Below, one piece after another: positions 37,849-47,074 of a stretch of DNA of 64,000 bases. The position numbers were made by a program, and so were the translations under genes. The stretch is from Burkholderiales bacterium (GTDB taxonomy: Bacteria > Patescibacteriota > Minisyncoccia > Phycocordibacterales > UBA9973). Each line of letters begins with the position of its first letter. Positions within the stretch are counted from its first letter, which is position 1. Location of the stretch: the NCBI GenBank assembly GCA_023701005.1, contig JAMPXW010000001.1:35769-99768 (forward strand), read 5' to 3'. A model generated the notes under the pieces. It searched no databases. It saw nothing but the letters and a program-made list of their open reading frames with translations, and was not told where the DNA came from.

Positions 37849-37880
37849 CCTGTGGATAACCAGACAAGGGCGGCCCTTTT
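37849..37880. repeat. GC-rich dispersed repeat, copy A: CTGTGGATAACC-AGAC-AAGGGCGGCCCTT (contains perfect DnaA-box TTATCCACA on the minus strand)
   Basis: Seen directly. Related copies lie at 42011 and 62049. Confidence 0.5.
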
Positions 37881-38040
37881 GAAAAGGAACGACCTTTGCT
37901 AAACAAAAACCCTTATAAATTAAAGCTTAAATACTTGACTTTTTAGCTTAACTATGCTATACTTTTATTGTAGTTCTTTATAAAAATTTCACCCTTTTGA
38001 ATGACGCCATAGGCGGATTGAGTCCTAAATATCACAAAAA

Positions 38041-38391
38041 GTGATTAGGAAAAACAAAAATCAGAAGGAGCATGAAATGGAAAACTCTTATTTTAATTTA
38101 GTAATTTTAGTTTTTTTAATTACCGCAAAAATTCTTTTATCATTCCAGGTGATAAAAGAATTGAAATGGTTCGCAAAGATAAATAAAAAAACCCTAAAAA
38201 GATCGCTTGAACTTGTTATTAACAAAGTTCATCCGATATTACTTGCGGTGATGGGGTTAAATTTATCTTATATAATTCCTGGGACAAGATTGATAACTAT
38301 CTTTGTTTTTATGGGTTTATCTATCTTGTTATTTGTCGGAATATTTTTAACGATGTTAGGAGTATTCTACAAATGGATACAAAATAATTAA
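38041..38391 (+). CDS. hypothetical membrane protein
   Basis: 116-aa ORF with three TM helices, followed by terminator GCCACCGGAAG...CTTCCAAGGTGGC plus T-run. Confidence 0.45.
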   Translation: MIRKNKNQKEHEMENSYFNLVILVFLITAKILLSFQVIKELKWFAKINKKTLKRSLELVINKVHPILLAVMGLNLSYIIPGTRLITIFVFMGLSILLFVGIFLTMLGVFYKWIQNN

Positions 38392-38543
38392 GCCACCGGA
38401 AGAGCCATCTTCCAAGGTGGCTTTTTCTTTTTTATTTATTAATTAGAGAGAGCCAATATCTATTTACAAACTTATAAAAAGGTCTAATATCAAAGAGAAG
38501 GCTATTTTGACAAAAATTCATAAACAATCTCATAGGAGAAACT

Positions 38544-38990
38544 ATGAAAAAACAAACTCTCATATTGTTATTTATTTGCCTTACTCTAACTATCAACGCC
38601 CAAATGGTAACTGACCAAAAAGTACCAGTTTTAAAAACCGCTCAAGAAACTTCATCTATAATTAATTCCCTCTTCTCAAATATACAAAAAGAAAAAGGTA
38701 TTAATGTAGACGTAAACAGCAGAATGGTCGGTGATATTTCAGTAGACAATGTAATCCTCGACGGAATAGTAGTAGCGACAATCCTTTCCGATAAAGGATT
38801 AAAAGCAAAAAAAGAATTATCTACATTCTCAGAATTTGTTCAATTGATCAAAGAATTAAAAGAAGTCGGGAATTTCCAATATCCCAAAATCGTAAATATC
38901 TTTGTATTAAAAGACATCAGAGATGACTATGTAATTCTTGCGATTAGGGAAGGCACCGAAATTCCTTCTTTTGTAAGAAAATTATTGTAA
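38544..38990 (+). CDS. secreted hypothetical protein
   Basis: Signal peptide MKKQTLILLFICLTLTINAQ. Confidence 0.5.
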   Translation: MKKQTLILLFICLTLTINAQMVTDQKVPVLKTAQETSSIINSLFSNIQKEKGINVDVNSRMVGDISVDNVILDGIVVATILSDKGLKAKKELSTFSEFVQLIKELKEVGNFQYPKIVNIFVLKDIRDDYVILAIREGTEIPSFVRKLL

Positions 38991-38992
38991 GC

Positions 38993-39040
38993 GCATTTGT
39001 AAAAGCACATTTTACAAATGCGCTTTTACATTTTTATGCA
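38993..39040. terminator. 14-bp-arm perfect inverted repeat GCGCATTTGTAAAA-GCAC-ATTTTACAAATGCGC plus T-run
   Basis: Seen directly between convergent genes. Confidence 0.55.
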
Positions 39041-39077
39041 TTTACCTTCGGCTCTTCAAAATATTCAGAGCCAAAAA

Positions 39078-40649
39078 TTACGAAGTAACTTTTGGCCTGT
39101 ATTGTATCGCTTCGAGAATATGGTTTGAATTTATTTCTAAAGAATTTTCTAAGTCTGCAATAGTGCGGGCTATTTTTATTACTCTATGATACGCACGAGC
39201 AGAAAGTGCGAGGCGTTCAGCGCTATCATCCAAAAGCTGTCTTGTCTTTTCATCTAGCTTCACCATATTTGATAAATCTTTCACATTCATTTCACTGTTC
39301 GTTTTTATATCTCTTTTAAAATTTTCAAATCTTTTTTTCTGAACTTCTCGTGCATTAGTCACTCTATATTTTATCCTATCACTCGTCTCTCCGTTTCCTA
39401 TTTCTCCAAGTTTTTTATAATCTACATTTCCTACAGAAACCCAAAGATCAATACGATCCATAATAGGGCCAGACAATTTTCTTTTATATCTATCCAAATC
39501 CGAAGGTCTACAAATACAAACCCTTTGTTTGCTAGTAGCATTGCCACAAGGACAAGGGTTCATGGCAGCAACCAAAATAAAATTTGATGGGAAAGTGGCT
39601 GTGCCCTTAGCGCGAGAAATAGAAACGATATTATCTTCCAATGGCTGTCGCAAAGATTCGATGACTTTCTTTTCAAACTCTGGAAATTCATCCAAAAAGA
39701 GAACACCCTTGTGTGCCAAGGTCACTTCACCCGGCTTAGGATATGTTCCTCCACCTATAATAGATACATAAGAAGAAGTGTGATGAGGTGATCTAAATGG
39801 AGGAGAAGAAATGAGTTCCCCTCTTGTTGCTCCTGCAACAGAATGTATGCCCGTGATTTCCAAAACTTCATCAAGTTTTAAATCTGGAAGTAGCTGAGAG
39901 AAAGCCCTGGCGAGCATTGTCTTCCCTGTACCTGGTGGTCCATACATTGCGATATTATGTCCACCAGCTGCTGCTATTTCCAATCCTCTCTTTGCTCCCT
40001 CTTGCCCTTTCACATCTGAAAAATCAGAACCTCTACTTTCTTTTTTATAAACAATCTGTGTTTTTGATTGAACTAAAATCAATCCATCACCAAGGGCCGT
40101 CCTTTGGGAACCCTTTAAGGACGGCCCTTTCTTTTCAGAAATATGACCAACAACTTCTTCCAAAGTCTCTGCTCCAAAAATCTTTATACCTTCCACCAAG
40201 GCTGCTTCGACAGCATTTTCTTTGGGCAAATAAACTTCTTCATATCCAGCTTTTTTAGCTTCCATGACCAATGGCAAGGCTCCTCTTATTCTTCTCAATG
40301 TACCATCTAGCCCAAGCTCGCCCAAGAAAATTTTCTTTTCTGAATTAAATTTCAAATCTTCACAAGCCAACATGTATGCGAGGGCAATAGCTAAATCAAA
40401 AAACGGCCCCTCTTTTTTAAGATCAGCCGGTGAAAGCGAAACTATTATTTTTTGATTTTTGGCTTTCGGAGACTTAAAACCAGAATTTTTTATAGCAGAG
40501 CTCACCCTATCTTTAGATTCATCTACAGCTTTATCAGGAAGTCCAACAATGTTAAAAGTATGCAAGCCCTTCGACAAATCTACTTCGATCGTTACGATCT
40601 GACCCGAGAGGAGATTTACTTGTGCCGAATAAACTCGTGCAAAGCTCAT
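39078..40649 (-). CDS. YifB/ComM-family Mg-chelatase-like AAA+ ATPase
   Basis: N-terminal Lon-like domain, Walker A GPPGTGKTMLA and the ChlI-family C-terminus. Confidence 0.85.
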   Translation of the reverse strand: MSFARVYSAQVNLLSGQIVTIEVDLSKGLHTFNIVGLPDKAVDESKDRVSSAIKNSGFKSPKAKNQKIIVSLSPADLKKEGPFFDLAIALAYMLACEDLKFNSEKKIFLGELGLDGTLRRIRGALPLVMEAKKAGYEEVYLPKENAVEAALVEGIKIFGAETLEEVVGHISEKKGPSLKGSQRTALGDGLILVQSKTQIVYKKESRGSDFSDVKGQEGAKRGLEIAAAGGHNIAMYGPPGTGKTMLARAFSQLLPDLKLDEVLEITGIHSVAGATRGELISSPPFRSPHHTSSYVSIIGGGTYPKPGEVTLAHKGVLFLDEFPEFEKKVIESLRQPLEDNIVSISRAKGTATFPSNFILVAAMNPCPCGNATSKQRVCICRPSDLDRYKRKLSGPIMDRIDLWVSVGNVDYKKLGEIGNGETSDRIKYRVTNAREVQKKRFENFKRDIKTNSEMNVKDLSNMVKLDEKTRQLLDDSAERLALSARAYHRVIKIARTIADLENSLEINSNHILEAIQYRPKVTS

Positions 40650-40684
40650 AATATTTAATTATGCCTTCTATTTTTTTATTAATA

Positions 40685-41047
40685 TTAATCGTTAAGGTGT
40701 TTCTTGCAGGTTTTAGCTGCTGGATTCGCAGCCATGCGATCCATCTCTATATCTTTCTTGCAAATTTCACATTTGCCGAAAGAGACTCTATTTATCCCCT
40801 CAAGCGAACTCAAGACATTATTCAATCTTGATTCTAAAGTTTTAACCATAGCACTTCTGGATTCAAAATCCTCAAATCTATCGGCCATATCGTTTTGATC
40901 AGTTTCTCTATATCCCAAATCTTCAGGAGTCGCCTCCCATTCATTTGTCTCAGGATTAAATTTACCAATATCACGAAGTTGTCCAATAAGGACATCTCTT
41001 TCTATTTCTAATTTTTCTTTAATTTTCTTTTTATCTAACATATCCAA
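40685..41047 (-). CDS. DksA/TraR-family C4 zinc-finger regulator
   Basis: C-terminal CEICKKDIEMDRMAANPAAKTC zinc finger and a coiled-coil N-terminus. Confidence 0.7.
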   Translation of the reverse strand: MDMLDKKKIKEKLEIERDVLIGQLRDIGKFNPETNEWEATPEDLGYRETDQNDMADRFEDFESRSAMVKTLESRLNNVLSSLEGINRVSFGKCEICKKDIEMDRMAANPAAKTCKKHLND

Positions 41048-41117
41048 ATACTATCACTTCCTCACAAAAAGGCAACAATAAAAAAGCCCCAATATCCAAA
41101 TATTCATATATCTTATC

Positions 41118-41990
41118 TTATTTCTTAATTTTAGTGGAGAAAAGGCGGAGGATGACTTCACGAACAGCCAAATTTGATTTCGTAATTATTATAGAATCAT
41201 CATTCGCAAAAACATACATCAACACAGTATTCCCTTCATTATCTTTTAAGATTCTGGCATTTTTATTTTCAACTATTCCATCTTCAAAATTCTTGGTAAA
41301 CAAATAATTTGTATCTGGGGAAATCTTTATACCCCAAATAACTCCTAAATCATAAAGCATTTTGTGTTCCCACTCATGCATAGTAGTAAATGCATCAGTA
41401 AAAGAACGAATCTTTATAAGCATAAACAAATCACCAATATTAGGAGAAACGGAACTCACTCCACTTTTAAAAACTCCCAACAAAAAATTATCATCAAAAA
41501 GTTTATTTTCTCCTAAAACTAAATTACTTTTCAAAATATTATTAAATCTTTGGAGACCCACAACCTTTTTATTCTCTGTGAGATATATCCCTTCTATTCC
41601 CCCTATTTTTACTTTAGTATTATTGATCTTTTCAAGAATAATCTCAGCTATTTTATCTTTAGAAAGTTCATCTATCGCTTTAAAATCTGTTTGATCATTA
41701 AAAATTAAAGAAGTAAATTGTGGCGCAACGGTAATAGTATTTATTTCTTCTTTAAGAAAAGTTAAAACAAAAAGCAATGCTAAAGACAAAAATAAAAGAA
41801 GAATACTTATAAGCATAAAAACTTTATTCTTTTTAGATTTTGGAGATAAATTACTTTTTTCATTCTCATGCTGTTCTTCTTCATGAATTATTTTCTTTAT
41901 CATTCCACCCTCCCCACTCTCAATAGCCTTCACCATTTCATCGGTGTAAGTCTTTACATTTTTATTTTTTAATTTATTTTCATTTTCCAT
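41118..41990 (-). CDS. hypothetical membrane-anchored protein
   Basis: 290-aa ORF with one TM (VFMLISILLLFLSLALLFVL). Confidence 0.45.
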   Translation of the reverse strand: MENENKLKNKNVKTYTDEMVKAIESGEGGMIKKIIHEEEQHENEKSNLSPKSKKNKVFMLISILLLFLSLALLFVLTFLKEEINTITVAPQFTSLIFNDQTDFKAIDELSKDKIAEIILEKINNTKVKIGGIEGIYLTENKKVVGLQRFNNILKSNLVLGENKLFDDNFLLGVFKSGVSSVSPNIGDLFMLIKIRSFTDAFTTMHEWEHKMLYDLGVIWGIKISPDTNYLFTKNFEDGIVENKNARILKDNEGNTVLMYVFANDDSIIITKSNLAVREVILRLFSTKIKK

Positions 41991-42010
41991 AAATCTAATT
42001 TAATTAAACT

Positions 42011-42043
42011 CTGTGGATAACCGGGTAAGGGCCGCCCTTCAAC
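42011..42043. repeat. GC-rich dispersed repeat, copy B: CTGTGGATAACCGGGTAAGGGCCGCCCTTCAAC
   Basis: Seen directly in the 56-bp gap between two co-oriented genes. Confidence 0.5.
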
Positions 42044-42046
42044 CAC

Positions 42047-43765
42047 CTAATACACCTCTCCATTATAACATTTCTCACAATACACAATCTCTGGTCGATC
42101 AGGAGAATAAGAAGTTTCAAATTCATTAGTGCAGTTTTCTTTCATGCACTTCCTATGCCAGAGTTTTAAGGGATTTCTTTGTTTAAATCTAGTATAATAT
42201 CTGCAATTAGAACACAACCTAGGTAAAGGAATATCAAATCTCTTATAAAAAGTTAATTCATCTCGAATTATTTTAAATGCTGTAGTACAACGATCTTTAC
42301 ATTCTCCCTTGTGTTCACATCCTATGATTTCGTTTACTATATCATCTGAAACGTCTTTTATGTCATCCGGTATATCTTTTGGTAAAATAGTGGGTTTATA
42401 ATTACGTGTTTCAGAATCTTTCCAAGACAAGCCACTAGCCAAAATCTCTTCTTTTTCTTTTAAAAAATAGTCTTGAGCTATTGTTTCGTTATAACAAAAT
42501 GGAGATAATTCTGTTGGAAAAAATTCTCCATATTTATAAATATTTCCTTTTTTATCAATGTAAGGCATATCATTCATATGTTTTATAATCTTTTCTCTCA
42601 ATACAAAAAAATCTTCTTTTTTGTATTGTTTATTAAAGATACAATAATGTTTATTCCGTAGACCTAAACAAGCGAAAAGATTAGAAGAATTAAAACAATT
42701 AAACGAATATTCTACATTTTCTGTTGTATATACATTACTACAAAATAAACAATTTTTACCACCCACTCCTGTGTCAAAAGACTCATACCCCAACTCGAGC
42801 ATCCCAACAGCTGGACCACAACTAATGCAATCTTTTATTCCTCTCGCGGTCCAAAATACATCCTTTGAGTCCTCCACTCCACCAGTACTATCAAAACAAT
42901 AATGAGCATTCTTACCATTTTCGATATTATTACCAGAAACATTATAGGAATTCAAAATATGAGCAAAGCGATGAATTGATTTTAATTTCATTTCCTCAAA
43001 ATCTTTCTTTTTTTGTTGAATTGAGGAGTAACTACTTAAATTTATTTCTTTCATTCTCTTCTGATATTCTTCTTTGGTTAATTGTCGATTAAAAAAACAA
43101 TAACTTTTACTCCTCATATTTGAGCACATAAAACAATCCGTGCAACCCCTGCAATCATATAAAAAATATGAATTCACACAATTATGAGAATCTTGACTAT
43201 AAAAAAGTTGATATGAATCAGTACAATTTACATCATCGTAAGAAAACTGTGTTCTATGGACAACATACAAGTCCATCGAATCTTTTATATCAGTTATCGA
43301 ATTAGAATAGAAGACCCTCTCGTTTTTCCAGGAAGCAGATATTAAGTAACAATCCTTACTTTCATCTGCAAAATTACAATAATCACTATTTATTCCTTGT
43401 GAATTTGTGAGGCCTTGCAATGGAAATTTATTTCTAAATTCTGCCCATTGTTCAAAGAAAGGCTTGGAAAAATTGTACTCAATACTATAACTAAAAGGAT
43501 CCCAGCTATCTCCCCACCACGTTTTTTGATCTATTACGATTAAATTTTTATCTGAAGAATAACTTGAGATAAAGTCCTTGCCCCAAAAACTATCTTTTCT
43601 TCTATATAAAGCATGCGTATTTCTGTATGCCAAACGTCTTTGTAATCTACATTCTCTGCAGAAAGTAGGTGGAGGGACTTTTATTTTCTCATAAAAATTA
43701 AAATCTTCAGGCTCTATCGTAAAGTCTTTCTTGCAATTCTGACAGGTTTTATTTTGAGCTTCCAT
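42047..43765 (-). CDS. 572-aa Cys-rich protein with zinc-ribbon-like terminal modules; paralog of 52712..54379
   Basis: N-terminal C..C-FYEK-PPP-C.EC-RRLA.RN and C-terminal FYKR-IPLP-C..C-RNP-L..RKCMK-C.NEFET.YSPDR.EIVYCE.CY modules are shared with the other copy. Internal CxxC-rich repeats. Confidence 0.6.
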   Translation of the reverse strand: MEAQNKTCQNCKKDFTIEPEDFNFYEKIKVPPPTFCRECRLQRRLAYRNTHALYRRKDSFWGKDFISSYSSDKNLIVIDQKTWWGDSWDPFSYSIEYNFSKPFFEQWAEFRNKFPLQGLTNSQGINSDYCNFADESKDCYLISASWKNERVFYSNSITDIKDSMDLYVVHRTQFSYDDVNCTDSYQLFYSQDSHNCVNSYFLYDCRGCTDCFMCSNMRSKSYCFFNRQLTKEEYQKRMKEINLSSYSSIQQKKKDFEEMKLKSIHRFAHILNSYNVSGNNIENGKNAHYCFDSTGGVEDSKDVFWTARGIKDCISCGPAVGMLELGYESFDTGVGGKNCLFCSNVYTTENVEYSFNCFNSSNLFACLGLRNKHYCIFNKQYKKEDFFVLREKIIKHMNDMPYIDKKGNIYKYGEFFPTELSPFCYNETIAQDYFLKEKEEILASGLSWKDSETRNYKPTILPKDIPDDIKDVSDDIVNEIIGCEHKGECKDRCTTAFKIIRDELTFYKRFDIPLPRLCSNCRYYTRFKQRNPLKLWHRKCMKENCTNEFETSYSPDRPEIVYCEKCYNGEVY

Positions 43766-43821
43766 AATGGTAAATATTTTAACACTATTAATTATAACAG
43801 ATTTTAATACTTTAAAACAAA

Positions 43822-43858
43822 AGAGCGGTTCTTTTTTAAAGAACCGCTCTTTTTATTA
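43822..43858 (-). terminator. pnp terminator AAAGAGCGGTTCTTT-TTT-AAAGAACCGCTCTTT
   Basis: Seen directly. Confidence 0.55.
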
Positions 43859-43874
43859 TTTATTTTTTCTATCT

Positions 43875-46040
43875 TTATTTCTTTGGAGCAAAGAAATCTT
43901 TATCAGCTTCGCGAATAGACAAACTTATTTTACCTTGTTCTCTATCTACTTTCAAAATCTTCACAGGTACTATCATGCCTTCTTTTACTATGTCGCTAAC
44001 TCTTTCCACACGAAATGGTGCCATTTCAGATATATGAACCATGCCATCTGTAAAAGGATTCAATCTCACAAAAGCTCCGAAATCAGCAATTCTCACAACC
44101 TCACCTTTCAACATTTCACCCACATTAAATTCATGAGTCATTTCTTCGATTATTTTCTTTGCCATTTCAGCTTTATTTTCTTTACCTGTTAGGTATACAG
44201 TACCATCGTCCTCAATGGTTATCTCTGCTCCTGTCCTTTCTTTAATATCTTTAATAGTTTTTCCACCACCACCTATCACCATTCCTATCTGGTCTGGTTT
44301 TATCTTTATAATCAAAATTTTTGGTGCATTTGGAGAAATTTCATTTCTTGATTTTGGAATTTCTTTTTCGATAGCATCGAGAATGGTCAATCTAGCTTTC
44401 TTTGATTGTCTCATGGCTTCACCCAATATCTTTACAGGAACTCCATCCACCTTCACATCGAGCTGAATAGCTGTGACGCCCGTTCTCGAACCAGCAACTT
44501 TGAAATCCATATCTCCATGATGATCTTCTGGTCCTTGAATATCTGTCAAAATTTTATATTTATTATCATTCTCGTACATCAAACCCATAGCGACACCAGC
44601 CACTGGAGCTTTGATGGGTACTCCTCCATCCATAAGAGCCAAAACAGAAGCACAAATAGAAGCCTGTGATGTAGAACCGTTAGAAGCCATTGATTCAGAG
44701 ACTATACGCATGGTGTAAGGAAAATCTGAAACACTAGGCAATATCATAGCCAAAGCCTTTTCTGCTAATGCCCCGTGTCCTACTTCTCTGCGATTTGTAT
44801 TTCCAAAACGTCCGACTTCTCCACTAGAATATGGAGGAAAGTTATAATGATGCATAAATCTTTTTTCTATTTTTGCTTGTATTCCATCTACCAAAAGCTT
44901 TTCTTCTGGTCCACCTAAAGTCAGCACAGAGAGTACGTGAGTTCCTCCACGATAAAATATTCCACTGCCGTGTAATATTGGAGAAAGCCCTCCTGCTTGT
45001 GTATATAGATCACGCAATCCATCCATAGCTCTACCGTCGGCACGTCTATCTTCATTTATTGCTTTTTCATGCAACATATTATTTTCTGTCTCATCAAATA
45101 GATCGTCTTCAGCTGCGAAATCTTTTCTGTCTGGATATTTTTCCTTAACTAATTTATTCCATTCAGTATGCAATTCATCTATTTTCTTTTTTCCCGCCTC
45201 GCCTTGACTGCGAGTCGAGGCTGGGCCAACACCAGCAAAGAGAGCATCCTCCATTTTAGGTAATATTTTCTCATTAAATAATTTTACAGATTCTTCATCT
45301 ATTTTTTCTTTTTCAATAACTCTTTTTTCTATGCCTATTTCTGAAACAATTTTCTTTTGAAAATCTTCCAATTTAATTATCTCTTCACTAGCTCTCTTAA
45401 AGGCAGCCTCCAATTCATCTTCTGTGGTTTCATGAGCAGAAGCTTCTATCATATTTATGTTTCCATCTTTACCACAGATAGTTAAATCATATTTATATTG
45501 AGAATCATCCAGCCTTAAGCTCTGTGCTGGATTTATCTTTAAATTATCATCATCGTATTTACCTATACGTACACATCCTACTGGTCCATTCCAAGGTATA
45601 TTAGATACAGCCAAAGCTAGAGAAGCCGCATTTACTGCGAGAATAGTAGAATCTTCTTCTCCGACAGAGATGACGGTAGTGATGACTTGCACAGCATGAC
45701 GTATTGATTGATCAAATAAAGGACGCAAGGTTCTGTCTATCACACGAGAAGCGAGCACTGCATCTTCTGAGGGCTTTCCTTCCCTATGCATAAACCTGGA
45801 TCCCAATATTTTTCCAGCCGCATAAAATTTTTCTACATAATCTACGGTCAAATTAAAAAACCCTAAACCATCTTGTTTGTCGTGGGACATACAAGCTGTG
45901 GCGATGACTATAGTATCGCCATACTTCAACATCACAGAACCATGTGCTTGTTCTGCTAAATCTGAAAATTGAGCGGTCAAAGTTTTTCCACCAATTTCTA
46001 CTACATACTCTTTTTTATTCATATATTTTTTACCCGCCAA
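43875..46040 (-). CDS. pnp: polyribonucleotide nucleotidyltransferase
   Basis: Two RNase PH domains, then KH and S1 (GEMLKGEVVRIADFGAFVRL). Confidence 0.9.
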   Translation of the reverse strand: MAGKKYMNKKEYVVEIGGKTLTAQFSDLAEQAHGSVMLKYGDTIVIATACMSHDKQDGLGFFNLTVDYVEKFYAAGKILGSRFMHREGKPSEDAVLASRVIDRTLRPLFDQSIRHAVQVITTVISVGEEDSTILAVNAASLALAVSNIPWNGPVGCVRIGKYDDDNLKINPAQSLRLDDSQYKYDLTICGKDGNINMIEASAHETTEDELEAAFKRASEEIIKLEDFQKKIVSEIGIEKRVIEKEKIDEESVKLFNEKILPKMEDALFAGVGPASTRSQGEAGKKKIDELHTEWNKLVKEKYPDRKDFAAEDDLFDETENNMLHEKAINEDRRADGRAMDGLRDLYTQAGGLSPILHGSGIFYRGGTHVLSVLTLGGPEEKLLVDGIQAKIEKRFMHHYNFPPYSSGEVGRFGNTNRREVGHGALAEKALAMILPSVSDFPYTMRIVSESMASNGSTSQASICASVLALMDGGVPIKAPVAGVAMGLMYENDNKYKILTDIQGPEDHHGDMDFKVAGSRTGVTAIQLDVKVDGVPVKILGEAMRQSKKARLTILDAIEKEIPKSRNEISPNAPKILIIKIKPDQIGMVIGGGGKTIKDIKERTGAEITIEDDGTVYLTGKENKAEMAKKIIEEMTHEFNVGEMLKGEVVRIADFGAFVRLNPFTDGMVHISEMAPFRVERVSDIVKEGMIVPVKILKVDREQGKISLSIREADKDFFAPKK

Positions 46041-46143
46041 AGACGGGTGGAGCTCCCCTTCAGAATAAAGTACTGTTTCACTATAAAGTGAGACATTATC
46101 TCTATCTAAAGGCGAACCTGTTAATTAATAATTACTAATAAAT

Positions 46144-46674
46144 TTATTTACCTCCTATCAAATATTTTCTTGGATTGAGAGAAAGGTCTATAAAATCGTC
46201 TGCTGCTTCACGAAGCTTGCTGGAAGTTGATTTGCCGAAAGAAGCTATCTCTATCTGTGTGCCTGTATTATTTTTAACATATTCTACTAAAGGAATGAAG
46301 TCCCCGTCTCCTGAGACGATGATCACAGCATCCAAACGACTAGCCATTCTCATCACATCCACAGTAAGACCGACATCCCAATCTCCCTTTTTGGTGCCCG
46401 TATGAAATATCTGCAAATCTTTAGTCTTAGTCTCGATTCCGAGCTTTGTAAGAGCTTCAAAGAAATTCTTTTCTTCTCCTGATTCAGTGGTGATGACATA
46501 AGCTACAGCTCTGACCAGTCTTCTGCCCGCTACTGCTTCTTTCAAGACTGCACCAAAATTAACTCTGGCTTTATACAAGTTGCGAGCCGAATGATATAAA
46601 TTTTGAGCATCTATGAAAACCCCAACTCTTTGTTCTTTATGTTTTATTACTGTCATATGTTGATTATAACACAA
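46144..46674 (-). CDS. NYN-domain (LabA-like, PIN-related) protein
   Basis: VFIDAQNLY and SGDGDFIPLV motifs. Likely start is Met7. Confidence 0.65.
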   Translation of the reverse strand: MCYNQHMTVIKHKEQRVGVFIDAQNLYHSARNLYKARVNFGAVLKEAVAGRRLVRAVAYVITTESGEEKNFFEALTKLGIETKTKDLQIFHTGTKKGDWDVGLTVDVMRMASRLDAVIIVSGDGDFIPLVEYVKNNTGTQIEIASFGKSTSSKLREAADDFIDLSLNPRKYLIGGK

Positions 46675-46675
46675 A

Positions 46676-46703
46676 AAGAAATCCCCCAGACGGGGGACAT
46701 CTA
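46676..46703 (-). terminator. rpsO terminator CCCCC-AGAC-GGGGG followed by T-rich tract on the minus strand
   Basis: Seen directly. Confidence 0.45.
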
Positions 46704-46967
46704 TTATGCGAGATTCATTTTCTTCATTACTGAATTGTATTGAGTCTTGTCTTTTCTTTCTAAATATTTTAAATGTGTTCGTCTGTCAGCAACCATCTTT
46801 ATGAGTCCACGGCGAGAGTTATTATCTTTCTTATGTTTCTTTAAGTGTTTCGCTAATTCATCTATTTGTGTGGACAAAATAGCAACTTGAACGACAGAAG
46901 ATCCTGTATCTTTCTCATGAACCTGGTTTTTCTTTATAATTGTTTGCTTTTTCTTTGTAGTTAACAT
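46704..46967 (-). CDS. rpsO: 30S ribosomal protein S15
   Basis: HLKKHKKDNNSRRGLIKMVADRRTHLKYL. Confidence 0.9.
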   Translation of the reverse strand: MLTTKKKQTIIKKNQVHEKDTGSSVVQVAILSTQIDELAKHLKKHKKDNNSRRGLIKMVADRRTHLKYLERKDKTQYNSVMKKMNLA

Positions 46968-47074
46968 GAATTTATCTTAGCATAAAGCTGGAGAAAATGC
47001 AAGGTAGTGTTTTAAAATTTTATTTATCAATTTTTAATAATGTCATGTCGCACAATATTTGATATAATAAAATC

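Noticed and set aside
43767-44192. 141-aa plus-strand ORF across the pnp 3' end and terminator.
   Set aside because: It is antisense to the pnp C-terminus and spans the pnp terminator hairpin, so it is implausible.
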